The position numbers and the translations under genes were made by a program. The notes beneath the pieces were generated by a model, which was not told where the DNA came from, made no database searches, and saw only the letters and a program-made list of their open reading frames with translations. From an uncultured Gemmatimonadales bacterium (lineage in GTDB: Bacteria > Gemmatimonadota > Gemmatimonadetes > Gemmatimonadales > GWC2-71-9), in assembly GCA_963795085.1 (NCBI GenBank), contig CAWCFX010000001.1, positions 384,001 to 448,000 on the forward strand: a stretch of DNA of 64,000 bases, read 5' to 3'. This document shows positions 1-9,070 of this stretch, piece by piece. The first letter of the stretch is position 1; the number at the start of each line of letters is the position of its first letter.

Positions 1-341
1 TCCCCGGCCTCTTCCGCCTGCTTCCGGCGCTGCAGGTAGCGTTCGATCGTCTCGACCTCCGCCTTGTGCGCGGCCTCCAGCATGGATCGCGCGTCCCGCG
101 CGATCGGCACCTTGGAGGGTTCCGCGGCGGGGATCCCGCCCATGGCCGAGATCTTGTCGGCCAGGATCTGGGCATGCCCCAGCTCTTCCGGAATCTCGTT
201 AGCGAAGAAATTCCTGAGTTCCTGCCGGTAGGGGCCCTGCACCATGCTCGCGAACAGGCGATACATGATGATGGCCTGGAACTCGCCGCGCAGATCCTCG
301 TTCAGCCCATCGATCAACTGCTGCTTCTTGGTGTCGCTCAT
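1..341 (-). CDS. Ferritin-like (bacterioferritin-type) protein, 3' end outside window
   Basis: Not in ORF track; manual translation MSDTKKQQLIDGLNEDLRGEFQAIIMYRLFASMV...IPEELGHAQILADKI...AEVETIERY with ExxH motif; GGAGGAG RBS upstream of ATG. Confidence 0.8.
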   Translation of the reverse strand, partial: MSDTKKQQLIDGLNEDLRGEFQAIIMYRLFASMVQGPYRQELRNFFANEIPEELGHAQILADKISAMGGIPAAEPSKVPIARDARSMLEAAHKAEVETIERYLQRRKQAEEAG

Positions 342-429
342 AATCTCCTCCTGGGAAGGTCCCGCACCTGTCCCCTCCAGCCTAACAGAACAGGGCACCG
401 CTGACTGTGCCCTGGATCGCAAACCCCAG

Positions 430-512
430 AAATTCTCCCAATTCCCTCAAATCCCTCAATTCCTTCAATTCCCTCAATTCCCTCAATTCCCTCAATTCCC
501 TCAATTCCCTCA
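430..512. repeat. 9-bp tandem repeat (CAATTCCCT)n, 8 units plus one degenerate
   Basis: Units at 439-510, abutting the cyclase stop codon. Confidence 0.95.
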
Positions 513-2117
513 CACCCTCACCCGGTACACCGGAACCGCCTGGTTGCGGTTCTTGACCGAGAGCGGCTCCATGGTCTCCACGACGGGCCGCGTCTTGAGC
601 TGGTCGTAGAAGGTCTGGCTGACCAGGATCTCGCCCTTGTCGGCCCGGCCGCAAAGCCGGGAGGCCACGTTCACCGAGTCGCCGATAACGGTGTACTCCA
701 GCCGCCGGTGGCTGCCGATGTTCCCCGCGAACACCTCTCCGTGGTTGATCCCGATGCCGATGGCCACCTCGGGGCGCCCGTTGCCCTGCCACTTGGCGTT
801 GAGGTCGCGCAGGGCCCGCTGCATGTCCATGGCCGCCTGCATGGCCCGGTCGGGGTCGTCTTCGTGGGCGATCGGGGCTCCCCAGAGGGCCATGATGGCG
901 TCCCCGATGAACTTGTCCAGCGTCCCGCCATGCTCGAAGATGATGTCGACCATTTCGGTGAAGTAGTCGGTCAGCAGCGCGGCGATATCGTCGGGGTTCA
1001 TGTGCTCGGAGAGCCGGGTGAACCCCCGGATGTCGCTGAACAGCACGGTGATCGGCCGCTTCTCGCCGCCCAGCTTGACCGCGTCCAGCGACATGGCGAT
1101 CTCGGCCGCCACGTTGGGGGCGAAGTAGCGCTCGAAGTTGGAACGCACCATGGCTTCCCGCTGGATCTGCTCGGCGTACCGGCTGTTCTTGATGCTCACG
1201 GCGGCCAGCCCGCCGAAGGCGATCAGGAACTGCAAGTCCTCCTGGCTGAACGAGTCGATCGCGGTGAGACTGTCCACGTAGAGAATGCCGAGCACTTCCT
1301 CCTGGGAAGCCATCAACGGGGTGCACATGGCGGAGCGCACGCTCTGCAGCATGATGGACTGGCCCTTGAAGCGGGTGTCCGCGGCGGCGTTCTCGGAGAT
1401 GAGCCCGACCCGTTCCTCCACTACCTTGCTCGCGATGGACCGGGGCACGTGGGAAAAGGTGGTGTCGCCCAGCCGGCTCTTGGAAATCTTGGGATACAGT
1501 TCCTTGGTGTTGCGGTCCATCAGGAGGATGGAGACCCGGTCCACGTTCATGACCTCGAAGGTCATGTTCACCACGGTGCTCAGGACCCGGTCCAGGTCGA
1601 ACTCGCCCGAGAGGGTCTGCGAAATATCGAGCAGCAGGGAGAGTTTCTTGGCCTGCCGTTCCTGGTCGGTGGTGCCCTTGACCCGCAACTGGCCGATGCC
1701 CGAGGGGCTGCCGTCCGCATTGGTGAGGTTGGCCAGGTCGGACTTCCCGCTCCCGCTGACGGCGATCTGCCGAACGATGGTGCCGCCAGGGGCCTGGAAC
1801 GGTGCGGGGGTGGGCTGGGGCCGGGGGGCGTCCTGGGTCTTGAGCTGGAAAACGACCTTGCCAAAGGTCACCGAGTCGTTGGGTTTGAGCAGCTGCTCGG
1901 TGATCCGGGATCCGTTGATGAACGTCCCGTTGGAGCTTTCCAGGTCCTTGACCAGCACGCCGTCGCCGCTGATCCGGAGCTCGGCATGGCGGCGGGAGAT
2001 GGTCGGATCAATGACCGCGAGATCACTGGTCACGGCCCGGCCCACGACCACCGTGCGATCGTGCGGCAGGTCGTAGGTCTGGTCCCCGGCGATGTTGATG
2101 AGTCGGTACACGGCCAT
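510..2117 (-). CDS. Class III adenylate/guanylate cyclase with N-terminal FHA and GAF domains
   Basis: FHA motifs GR, SRRH, SSNGTFING; GAF (SAMCTPL...LYVD); cyclase motifs FSDIRGFT, DKFIGDA, YTVIGDSVNVASRL. Confidence 0.92.
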   Translation of the reverse strand: MAVYRLINIAGDQTYDLPHDRTVVVGRAVTSDLAVIDPTISRRHAELRISGDGVLVKDLESSNGTFINGSRITEQLLKPNDSVTFGKVVFQLKTQDAPRPQPTPAPFQAPGGTIVRQIAVSGSGKSDLANLTNADGSPSGIGQLRVKGTTDQERQAKKLSLLLDISQTLSGEFDLDRVLSTVVNMTFEVMNVDRVSILLMDRNTKELYPKISKSRLGDTTFSHVPRSIASKVVEERVGLISENAAADTRFKGQSIMLQSVRSAMCTPLMASQEEVLGILYVDSLTAIDSFSQEDLQFLIAFGGLAAVSIKNSRYAEQIQREAMVRSNFERYFAPNVAAEIAMSLDAVKLGGEKRPITVLFSDIRGFTRLSEHMNPDDIAALLTDYFTEMVDIIFEHGGTLDKFIGDAIMALWGAPIAHEDDPDRAMQAAMDMQRALRDLNAKWQGNGRPEVAIGIGINHGEVFAGNIGSHRRLEYTVIGDSVNVASRLCGRADKGEILVSQTFYDQLKTRPVVETMEPLSVKNRNQAVPVYRVRV

Positions 2118-2166
2118 AGCGCCGCAATATACTACGAAGCGGCTGGGGTTTGGGACACCGGGCGGG

Positions 2167-2796
2167 CTAGCGCGGGGCTACCACGAGGTAGGTGCCGGGC
2201 CCGGGGATCGGGGCGGCCAGGTTGTCGGAAGCGGGGCGGGCCGAGGGGAGCATCCGGTAGCGGCCATCGGCCTCCAGGACCGCGACGCCCAGGGCCCGTT
2301 CAAACTGGGCCGGGTTGCCGTACTTCTGCCGGGCGGCCTGGGGAGCCGCGAAGTGGACCGGGTACCGGAAGATGAGCGTGGCTCCGTTCCCGAAGCCGGG
2401 CGTGCACTCGATGGTCACCCCGTAGAGGCCGGGGCGGGCCTGCATGCTCAGCCGCACCGAATCGGCGCCGGCGGGAAACAGGGTCGCCGGGAGGGTCAGC
2501 TCGGCAAAAATGGTATTGTCCGGAGGCGCGTGCCGTAACAGCACGGTCCGGGGGCCGCCGGCCGGAAAGGCCACCGTGGTATCGAGCGGCGGCGCTCCCC
2601 AGGCTTCGAGCACGAAGAACTGGTTGAGCGGCAGGGTGATGTTGGGTGTCGCGGTGGGTTCCGCCGCCGCGCCCTGCACGGCGGGGCGCCCGCTGCACCC
2701 GGCCAGCCCGATAGCCCCGAACACGGCAAGGAGTGACGTTATCTTCAGGAGGCTGATCCTCGCATCAGGGGTGACCTCGTTGGCTGGTTTTCGCAT
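2167..2796 (-). CDS. Hypothetical lipoprotein (start uncertain)
   Basis: Hydrophobic leader ending in lipobox LAGC. Confidence 0.7.
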   Translation of the reverse strand: MRKPANEVTPDARISLLKITSLLAVFGAIGLAGCSGRPAVQGAAAEPTATPNITLPLNQFFVLEAWGAPPLDTTVAFPAGGPRTVLLRHAPPDNTIFAELTLPATLFPAGADSVRLSMQARPGLYGVTIECTPGFGNGATLIFRYPVHFAAPQAARQKYGNPAQFERALGVAVLEADGRYRMLPSARPASDNLAAPIPGPGTYLVVAPR

Positions 2797-4858
2797 CTCC
2801 CTGGATTCTTCACTGATCGCGCTCCTGGCGGCCGGCTGTCTGTGCGCCGCCGCCGGTGATCTGCATGCCCAGCAGTGGAACTCGCCCGAGGTCCGGGTCC
2901 TGGTCGAGCGGGGGGTGGAACGCCGGCAGCGGACCCAGGCCGACTCCGCCCTGCGGAGCTACCGCACCCGTGCCCACGGGTTCGTTTTTTTCCTGGCCCA
3001 GCTCGGCGAAGGGTTGGCGGAGCCGCCCCGGCTGGTCAAGGCGGACGAGTTGCAGGTGGAAGTGTATTGGCAGGCACCCGGCCGGAGCAAGCAGGTCATC
3101 CTGGGCTGGCGCGACGGTACCTGGCTGCCGACCGATATCAGTTACCATCGCGATCACCTGGGCATCGTCACCAACGATTTCGGCGACCTGATCCGGATCG
3201 GCGAAGGGGACGAGATCCGCGATGTGCCCCACCCGGTGTCTCCGGCTGGGCTGGACCGGTATGATTTCCTGCTGCGGGATTCCCTGCGGCTGCAGACGCC
3301 GCAGGGCCAGCTCACGGTGCACGAAATCGGGGTCCGGCCCCGTAACTTCCAGGTCCCCGCCGTCGTGGGCACCCTGTACCTCGAGGTCGGCACCGGGGCC
3401 CTGGTGCGGTTCCGTTTCAGCTTTACGCCGGCCGCCTACCGCGACAACCAATTGGAAGACATCAGCATCGTCCTGGAAAATTCGCTCTGGCAGGGCCGCT
3501 ACTGGCTGCCCTACCGGCAGGAGATTGAACTGCGGCGGCGCACCACCTGGCTGGATTTTCCCGCCCGCGGCATTATCCGCGGCCGCTGGGAGATCGGCGA
3601 ATACGATTTCGAGACGCCGATTGATCCCGCCATCTTTCTCGGCCCCCCCATCGCCGGCCTGCGGCGGCCCGCCCCGGCCGACAGTACCCTTTTTTCCGGC
3701 CCGCTCGATTCCGCCATCGCCGACGTGGCGGCTCCGCTCAACGCCCAGGACATGGACGCCCTCCGCTCTGAAGTGGAGCGGATCGCGGGGACCCGCGCGC
3801 TCGGCGGGCTCGCCTCGAAGCGGCTGGCCATCCGGTCCTTGAGCGATCTCGCCAGGGTCAACCGGGTCCAGGGCCTGGTGCTCGGGTTCGGCGCGACCCT
3901 GGGATCGGCTACCAGCCGCTGGCGGTTCCGGCCCTCGGTGGCCTACGGAACTTCGGACCACCGGCTGCTGGGTAGCCTGGCCCTCAGCGTCGATGCGGGC
4001 CGTACCCGGCTGGCGGCCGAGGGCTTCCGCCGGGTCCGGGACCTGAGCGACTTCCCGGTGATCACGCCGGTCTTCAATTCGATCGCCGCCCAGGAGTTCG
4101 GCAAGGACTACGGCGACTACGTGCTGCTGGAGGGCGGGACCCTGTCGGCCCGATTCCGACACGGGCGCACGACCACCACGCAGGAAGTCTTCTACGAGCG
4201 GCCTCACTCGGTGGCCGTCTCCGCCTCTCCCGCCAGCGGCACCTACCGCCCCAACCCTCCGCTGGGCAGGCCGGGCGGTGACGGCATCGGCGGGTATCGC
4301 CTCACGGTGGAGCGGGGCAGCGGAGGGATCGCCGTCACCCGCGACCTGCAGGGATCGGTGTCCCTGGAGGCGGGGCGCCACGCGGCCGGCTACACCCGGG
4401 CCGTCCTGCAAGGCCGCTGGCTGGTCCCCCTGGGGAAGCCGGAACTGGTGACCCGGGCGTATCTCGGATGGGGCAGCACCCACCTGCCGGAGTACCGGAG
4501 CTTCGCGCTCGGGGGCCGAGGCACCCTGCTGGGAGAGCCGTTTCGGGGCGCCGGCGGACGCTCGATGGCCCTGCTGCACAGCGAGCTTCGTTTCAATGCC
4601 CCCTTTCCCGCCATTTCCCTGGGGTCGTTCGCCAGTACCGGTCGGACCATCGTCGTCGCGCCATTCGTCGCGGCCGGGTGGGCGGACCGGGAGTACCAGT
4701 CCCTTCCATGGCGGGCGACGGACGGTGTCCGCCCGGTTGCCGGCGTTGCCCTCGAGTGGTTCATGCGACTGATCCGGGTGGAGGCCGGCATCGGACTCCG
4801 GACCGGCAACATCGGCGTCAGCGTCGAGATCCACCGCGACTGGTGGAGCATTCTATAG
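2771..4858 (+). CDS. Exported protein with probable C-terminal outer-membrane beta-barrel (start uncertain)
   Basis: Signal peptide ...AAGDLHA/QQW; amphipathic beta strands; LGGRGTLLG loop reminiscent of Omp85/ShlB barrels; ORF-track start 2444 overlaps the neighbouring gene. Confidence 0.65.
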   Translation: MTSLAGFRISLDSSLIALLAAGCLCAAAGDLHAQQWNSPEVRVLVERGVERRQRTQADSALRSYRTRAHGFVFFLAQLGEGLAEPPRLVKADELQVEVYWQAPGRSKQVILGWRDGTWLPTDISYHRDHLGIVTNDFGDLIRIGEGDEIRDVPHPVSPAGLDRYDFLLRDSLRLQTPQGQLTVHEIGVRPRNFQVPAVVGTLYLEVGTGALVRFRFSFTPAAYRDNQLEDISIVLENSLWQGRYWLPYRQEIELRRRTTWLDFPARGIIRGRWEIGEYDFETPIDPAIFLGPPIAGLRRPAPADSTLFSGPLDSAIADVAAPLNAQDMDALRSEVERIAGTRALGGLASKRLAIRSLSDLARVNRVQGLVLGFGATLGSATSRWRFRPSVAYGTSDHRLLGSLALSVDAGRTRLAAEGFRRVRDLSDFPVITPVFNSIAAQEFGKDYGDYVLLEGGTLSARFRHGRTTTTQEVFYERPHSVAVSASPASGTYRPNPPLGRPGGDGIGGYRLTVERGSGGIAVTRDLQGSVSLEAGRHAAGYTRAVLQGRWLVPLGKPELVTRAYLGWGSTHLPEYRSFALGGRGTLLGEPFRGAGGRSMALLHSELRFNAPFPAISLGSFASTGRTIVVAPFVAAGWADREYQSLPWRATDGVRPVAGVALEWFMRLIRVEAGIGLRTGNIGVSVEIHRDWWSIL

Positions 4859-4949
4859 AGGGATCCCCTGATTCCCTATCGCTTTTCGCCCCTACCTGCC
4901 TATTTTCCCCCAATCACCCCCTGACCACCCTCCTGCCGTTTGAGGTCGA

Positions 4950-7148
4950 TTGCAGTTCACCGACGAATGGCTGTATCCCACCATGGAAACCCTGGTTGCC
5001 CGGGAGGAGCTGGACGCGCTTCGCAAGTCGCCCGGCGAGCCGGCCTCCCTGTGGGAAACCATGGTGCAGAAGAAACTGACCACCGACGACAAGGTGCTGG
5101 CGGCTGCCGCCGAGCGCTTTCGCCTGCCGGTGGCCGATCTCAGCAAGCTGGAAGTCAAGGTGCGCGAATCGGTTCCCGAGACGCTGGCCCGTCGGTTCAA
5201 TGTGCTGCCCCTGCGGCTCACCGATTCCTACATCGAAGTCGCTTCCGCCAACCCGTTCGACATCGACGCCGAGAAACTGATGGCGTTCGCCACCGGGCGT
5301 GAGGTGCGCATGCACCTGGCTTCCCCGGCCCGCATCCGGGAAAAACTGGAGGAGGTGTACCGGCCGGAGACCGTGGTGTCGAAGCTGCTGGGCGGCATGG
5401 AAGCGGCGGAGGTCCAGCAGCTGGAGGACGAGCCGGAGGACCTCGCCTCCTCCGAAGAAGAGGCCAGTCATGCGCCGATCATCCGGCTGGTGGACCTCCT
5501 CCTTTCCGACGGCATCCTGAGCCGCGCCAGCGATATCCACGTCGAGCCGGCCGAGGGGGGCGTAGTGGTGCGCTACCGGATCGACGGCGTGCTCCGCCAG
5601 GCGATGAAGATCCCGCGCACCGCCGGGCTGCCGCTGATCTCCCGGCTCAAGATCATGTCGTCGCTCGATATCGCCGACCGGCTGCGGCCCCAGGATGGCC
5701 GGGCCCGGGTCAGCGTGAATGGGTCCCCGGTCGATCTCCGCGTGTCCACGCTGCCGGCCACCCTGGGCGAGAAGGTCGTCATCCGGATCCTCAACGCCAA
5801 GGCGACCGTGCTCACGCTCGAGTCCCTCGGCATGTACGAGGACGAGCGTGCCGCGATCACCAACCTCCTCCAGCACAAGGAGGGGATCGTGCTGGTCACC
5901 GGCCCGACCGGCTCCGGCAAGACCACCACGCTGTACTCGGCCCTCCGGCTGGTGCAGAGCGAAGGCGTCAACATCGTCACGGTGGAAGACCCCGTCGAGT
6001 ACCGGCTGGGTTCCAACATCGTGCAGGTGCAGGTCAATGAGAAAGCCGGCCTGACTTTCGCCGCGGCCCTCCGGTCCATCCTGCGGCAGGACCCGGACGT
6101 GGTGCTGCTCGGTGAGATCCGGGACCAGGAAACCGCCCGGATCGCCGTCCAGGCCTCGCTGACCGGCCACCTGGTGCTGTCCACCCTGCACACCAACGAT
6201 GCCCCCAACGCGGTGACCCGGCTGGTGGACATGGGGCTCGAAGCGTACAAGCTGGCCTCCGCGCTCCGGGGGATCGTCGCGCAGCGGCTGATGCGCCGGC
6301 TTTGCACGACCTGCCGGGAGCCCCACACCGGCGAAATTCCCACCAAGCTCCGCCGCTACGTGCCCGACGGCGCCACGCTCTTCCGCTCGGTGGGCTGTCC
6401 CGAGTGCTCCATGACCGGGTACCGCGGCCGCTTCAGCATCGTGGAAGTGCTCACCATGGGCCCCGAGCTGGAGCGCCGGATCGGGGCGGGGGCTACCGCC
6501 GACAAGATCGCCGAGAGCGCGCGCGACAACGGCATGAAATCCCTCTGGGAGAGCGGGCTCCGCCACGTGCTGGCCGGCGACTCGGCGCTGGACGAGCTGC
6601 TCCGGGTCACCGGCGCCCCGGTCACCGACGTCGTGCCGCCGCCCCCGGTCGCCCCTGCGGCATCCCGGCATTCGCCGCCGCCGGCCCCCTCCTCCGCGGC
6701 GCACCACCAGCCGGTGGATCTCTCCACCGCCTTCGACCTGGTGGACGACGGCGAGGCCCCCGCCACCAAGCGACAGGCGACCATCCTCCTGGTGGACGAC
6801 GAAGACCAGCTGCGCCGGGTGATGCGGGACCTCCTGGAACGGGAAGGGTACGCGGTCGCGGAGGCGCGTGACGGGGTGCAGGCCCTGGACGAGGTGGACC
6901 GGCATGCGCCCGATGTCATCGTGCTCGATCTCAACCTGCCCGGGCTGGACGGGTACAACGTTCTCTCCAAGCTCAGGAGCCGGGACCCGACCCGCCACAT
7001 CCCGGTGATCGTGCTGACGGCCAAGGGCGACGAGGACAATGAGGTCCGGGTGTTTGAGCTGGGCGCCGATGATTTTCTCACCAAGCCGTTCCGGGCCCGC
7101 GCCCTGTCGGCTCGGCTCGAGGCCCTGCTCAGCCGGCGCCGAACCTGA
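4950..7148 (+). CDS. GspE/PilB-family secretion or pilus ATPase with C-terminal response-regulator receiver domain
   Basis: ASDIHVEP, Walker [26 protein letters not shown], His box STLHTND, CxxC pairs; C-terminal ILLVDD...VLDLNLP...FLTKPF. Confidence 0.92.
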   Translation: MQFTDEWLYPTMETLVAREELDALRKSPGEPASLWETMVQKKLTTDDKVLAAAAERFRLPVADLSKLEVKVRESVPETLARRFNVLPLRLTDSYIEVASANPFDIDAEKLMAFATGREVRMHLASPARIREKLEEVYRPETVVSKLLGGMEAAEVQQLEDEPEDLASSEEEASHAPIIRLVDLLLSDGILSRASDIHVEPAEGGVVVRYRIDGVLRQAMKIPRTAGLPLISRLKIMSSLDIADRLRPQDGRARVSVNGSPVDLRVSTLPATLGEKVVIRILNAKATVLTLESLGMYEDERAAITNLLQHKEGIVLVTGPTGSGKTTTLYSALRLVQSEGVNIVTVEDPVEYRLGSNIVQVQVNEKAGLTFAAALRSILRQDPDVVLLGEIRDQETARIAVQASLTGHLVLSTLHTNDAPNAVTRLVDMGLEAYKLASALRGIVAQRLMRRLCTTCREPHTGEIPTKLRRYVPDGATLFRSVGCPECSMTGYRGRFSIVEVLTMGPELERRIGAGATADKIAESARDNGMKSLWESGLRHVLAGDSALDELLRVTGAPVTDVVPPPPVAPAASRHSPPPAPSSAAHHQPVDLSTAFDLVDDGEAPATKRQATILLVDDEDQLRRVMRDLLEREGYAVAEARDGVQALDEVDRHAPDVIVLDLNLPGLDGYNVLSKLRSRDPTRHIPVIVLTAKGDEDNEVRVFELGADDFLTKPFRARALSARLEALLSRRRT

Positions 7149-7167
7149 GCCGGGCGATCCTCCCCGC

Positions 7168-7635
7168 ATGACCCGCGTGGCCGTCTCCATCGTTGACGTG
7201 TATCCGGTCCGGCACCGCGCCGGCGGGCTCCAGGTTCTCCTCCTGCGGCGGGGTGGGGGAACCCGCTGCACCGGTGCCTGGGAGGTCGTCCATGGTCATA
7301 TCGAAGCGGGGGAATCCCCGGCCGAGGCGGCCCGGCGCGAGCTGGAAGAGGAAACCGGGCTGCGGCCGGCCGCGTGGTATAACCTGAGCCGGGTGGAGGC
7401 GTTCTACCAGCACCGGGACGATGAAGTGGCCCTGGTGCCGGTGTTCGTCGCGCTGTTTCGGGACGAGGCGGCGGTGAGCCTGAGCGCTGAACACGATGCC
7501 GGCGAATGGCTGCCGCTGGCGGAAGCGGCCGGCCGGTGCGCCTGGCCCCGCGAACGGCGGGCCATGGACGATATCCGCGAGTTGCTGGCGACCGGCTCCG
7601 CCGCCGCGCTGGACGATGTGCTGAGGATGCCTTGA
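7168..7635 (+). CDS. NUDIX hydrolase (NudB-like)
   Basis: Nudix box [23 protein letters not shown] and LSAEH motif. Confidence 0.88.
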   Translation: MTRVAVSIVDVYPVRHRAGGLQVLLLRRGGGTRCTGAWEVVHGHIEAGESPAEAARRELEEETGLRPAAWYNLSRVEAFYQHRDDEVALVPVFVALFRDEAAVSLSAEHDAGEWLPLAEAAGRCAWPRERRAMDDIRELLATGSAAALDDVLRMP

Positions 7636-7639
7636 AACC

Positions 7640-9070
7640 ATGCTGATGTTTACTGCCCTCGTATCACTCGCTGGCATGATCGGCGTATCGGACCCGGCGA
7701 CGGCGGCCTGCACCCGTCTCAGCCGGGCCGGGACCCAGGTGCAGGGGGACGTGAAGATCTGCCCCGGCCGCTACCGCTTCGCGGACCCGCGGGAGCGCGG
7801 TGTCATCATCATCGCCGCGTCGCTCACCCGGCTCGACCTGACCGGGGTGACCCTGGAGAGCGGGGACTCGGTGGCCTCCCGGTTTACCGGGGTGGGCGTC
7901 CTGAGCGCCGGGGTGGACCGGGTGGAGATCACCGGGGGCACCATCCGCGGCTTTCGCTATGGCATCCGGATCGAAGGCGGCCGGGGGCACCGGGTGAGCG
8001 GGAGCGACCTGTCGGGCTCCCGGCGGCAGGAACTCTACTCGTCCCCGGAGACCTACAGCGAACGGGACTGGCTGGACATCTTCCGGCCCGACACCTTCGA
8101 GCAATACGGCGGCGGCCTCCTGCTCAAGCACACCGACGGGGCCACGGTCACCGGGGTGACGGCGCGCGCGGCGCAGAATGGCATCGGCCTCATCGGCGTG
8201 CGGAGAACCTATGTTGCCGACAATGATGTCTCCGGCAACAGCGGCTGGGGGATTCATCTCTGGCAATCCGCCCACAACGTCATCGTCCGGAACCAGGCCC
8301 GCCACAACGTGCGCTGCGAGAGCGCCCGCTACAGCCGGGGCTGTGATTCCGCCGCCCTGCTGCTCCGGGAGCGGAGCGATTCCAACCTGGTCGCCGATAA
8401 TGATCTCAGTCACTCAGGCGACGGGTTCTTCCTGAGCGGCCACCGGCCCCTGGTCCAGCCCTCCATCGGCAACCTGGTGATTCGCAACGATGCGAGCCAC
8501 TCCTACCACAATGCCTTCGAGTCCACCTTCAGCGCCTGGAACCTGTTTCTCGACAACCGGGCCGACAGCTCGGGCTACGGCTTCTGGCTGGGCTTTTCCA
8601 CCGGCAACGTGGTGCGGGGCAACACCATGGTGGGTTCGCGCGTGGCGGGCATCGCGATCGAACACGGCAGCGACAACGAGATCGCCGCGAACGTAATTAT
8701 CGGCGGCCAGCGGGGGATCTATCTTTTCGCCCCCGGCAACGCAACGGACCGAAGCCGCAACTACCGGGTGCAGGACAATACCCTTGCCAGGTTGGAGCAG
8801 GGCCTGGTGATGGAGCGGACCACCCATTCCAAGGTGCGGGGGAACCTGTTCGACGGGGTGGGGGAGGGGATGGTGGTGGACTCTGCGGGCGCGGATACCG
8901 AAATATCGGGGAACGTGTTCCTGCGGGCCAACCGGCTCTTCGTGCGGGCCCCCCGGCTGACCGCGGGGGGCAACTTCTGGGGCGCCCCCAGCGAGGCCGA
9001 CACCCGGGCGCGAATCCAGGGCAGCGTGTCGCTCGACCCCTGGCATCCCGCCAGCGCGGCCGGTTACTGA
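7640..9070 (+). CDS. Secreted right-handed parallel beta-helix protein (NosD/pectin-lyase-like fold)
   Basis: Signal peptide; repeated motifs such as NDVSGNSGWGIHLWQSAHNVIVRN. Confidence 0.8.
   Translation: MLMFTALVSLAGMIGVSDPATAACTRLSRAGTQVQGDVKICPGRYRFADPRERGVIIIAASLTRLDLTGVTLESGDSVASRFTGVGVLSAGVDRVEITGGTIRGFRYGIRIEGGRGHRVSGSDLSGSRRQELYSSPETYSERDWLDIFRPDTFEQYGGGLLLKHTDGATVTGVTARAAQNGIGLIGVRRTYVADNDVSGNSGWGIHLWQSAHNVIVRNQARHNVRCESARYSRGCDSAALLLRERSDSNLVADNDLSHSGDGFFLSGHRPLVQPSIGNLVIRNDASHSYHNAFESTFSAWNLFLDNRADSSGYGFWLGFSTGNVVRGNTMVGSRVAGIAIEHGSDNEIAANVIIGGQRGIYLFAPGNATDRSRNYRVQDNTLARLEQGLVMERTTHSKVRGNLFDGVGEGMVVDSAGADTEISGNVFLRANRLFVRAPRLTAGGNFWGAPSEADTRARIQGSVSLDPWHPASAAGY

Noticed and set aside
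708..2375. 555-aa plus-strand ORF and similar long antisense ORFs (2810-4834, 4914-7271, 22029-24122, 31913-33586, 49036-51543, 55021-56493, 58722-61364, 62193-63983)
   Set aside because: Shadow frames opposite well-supported genes, expected in high-GC DNA; no recognisable motifs
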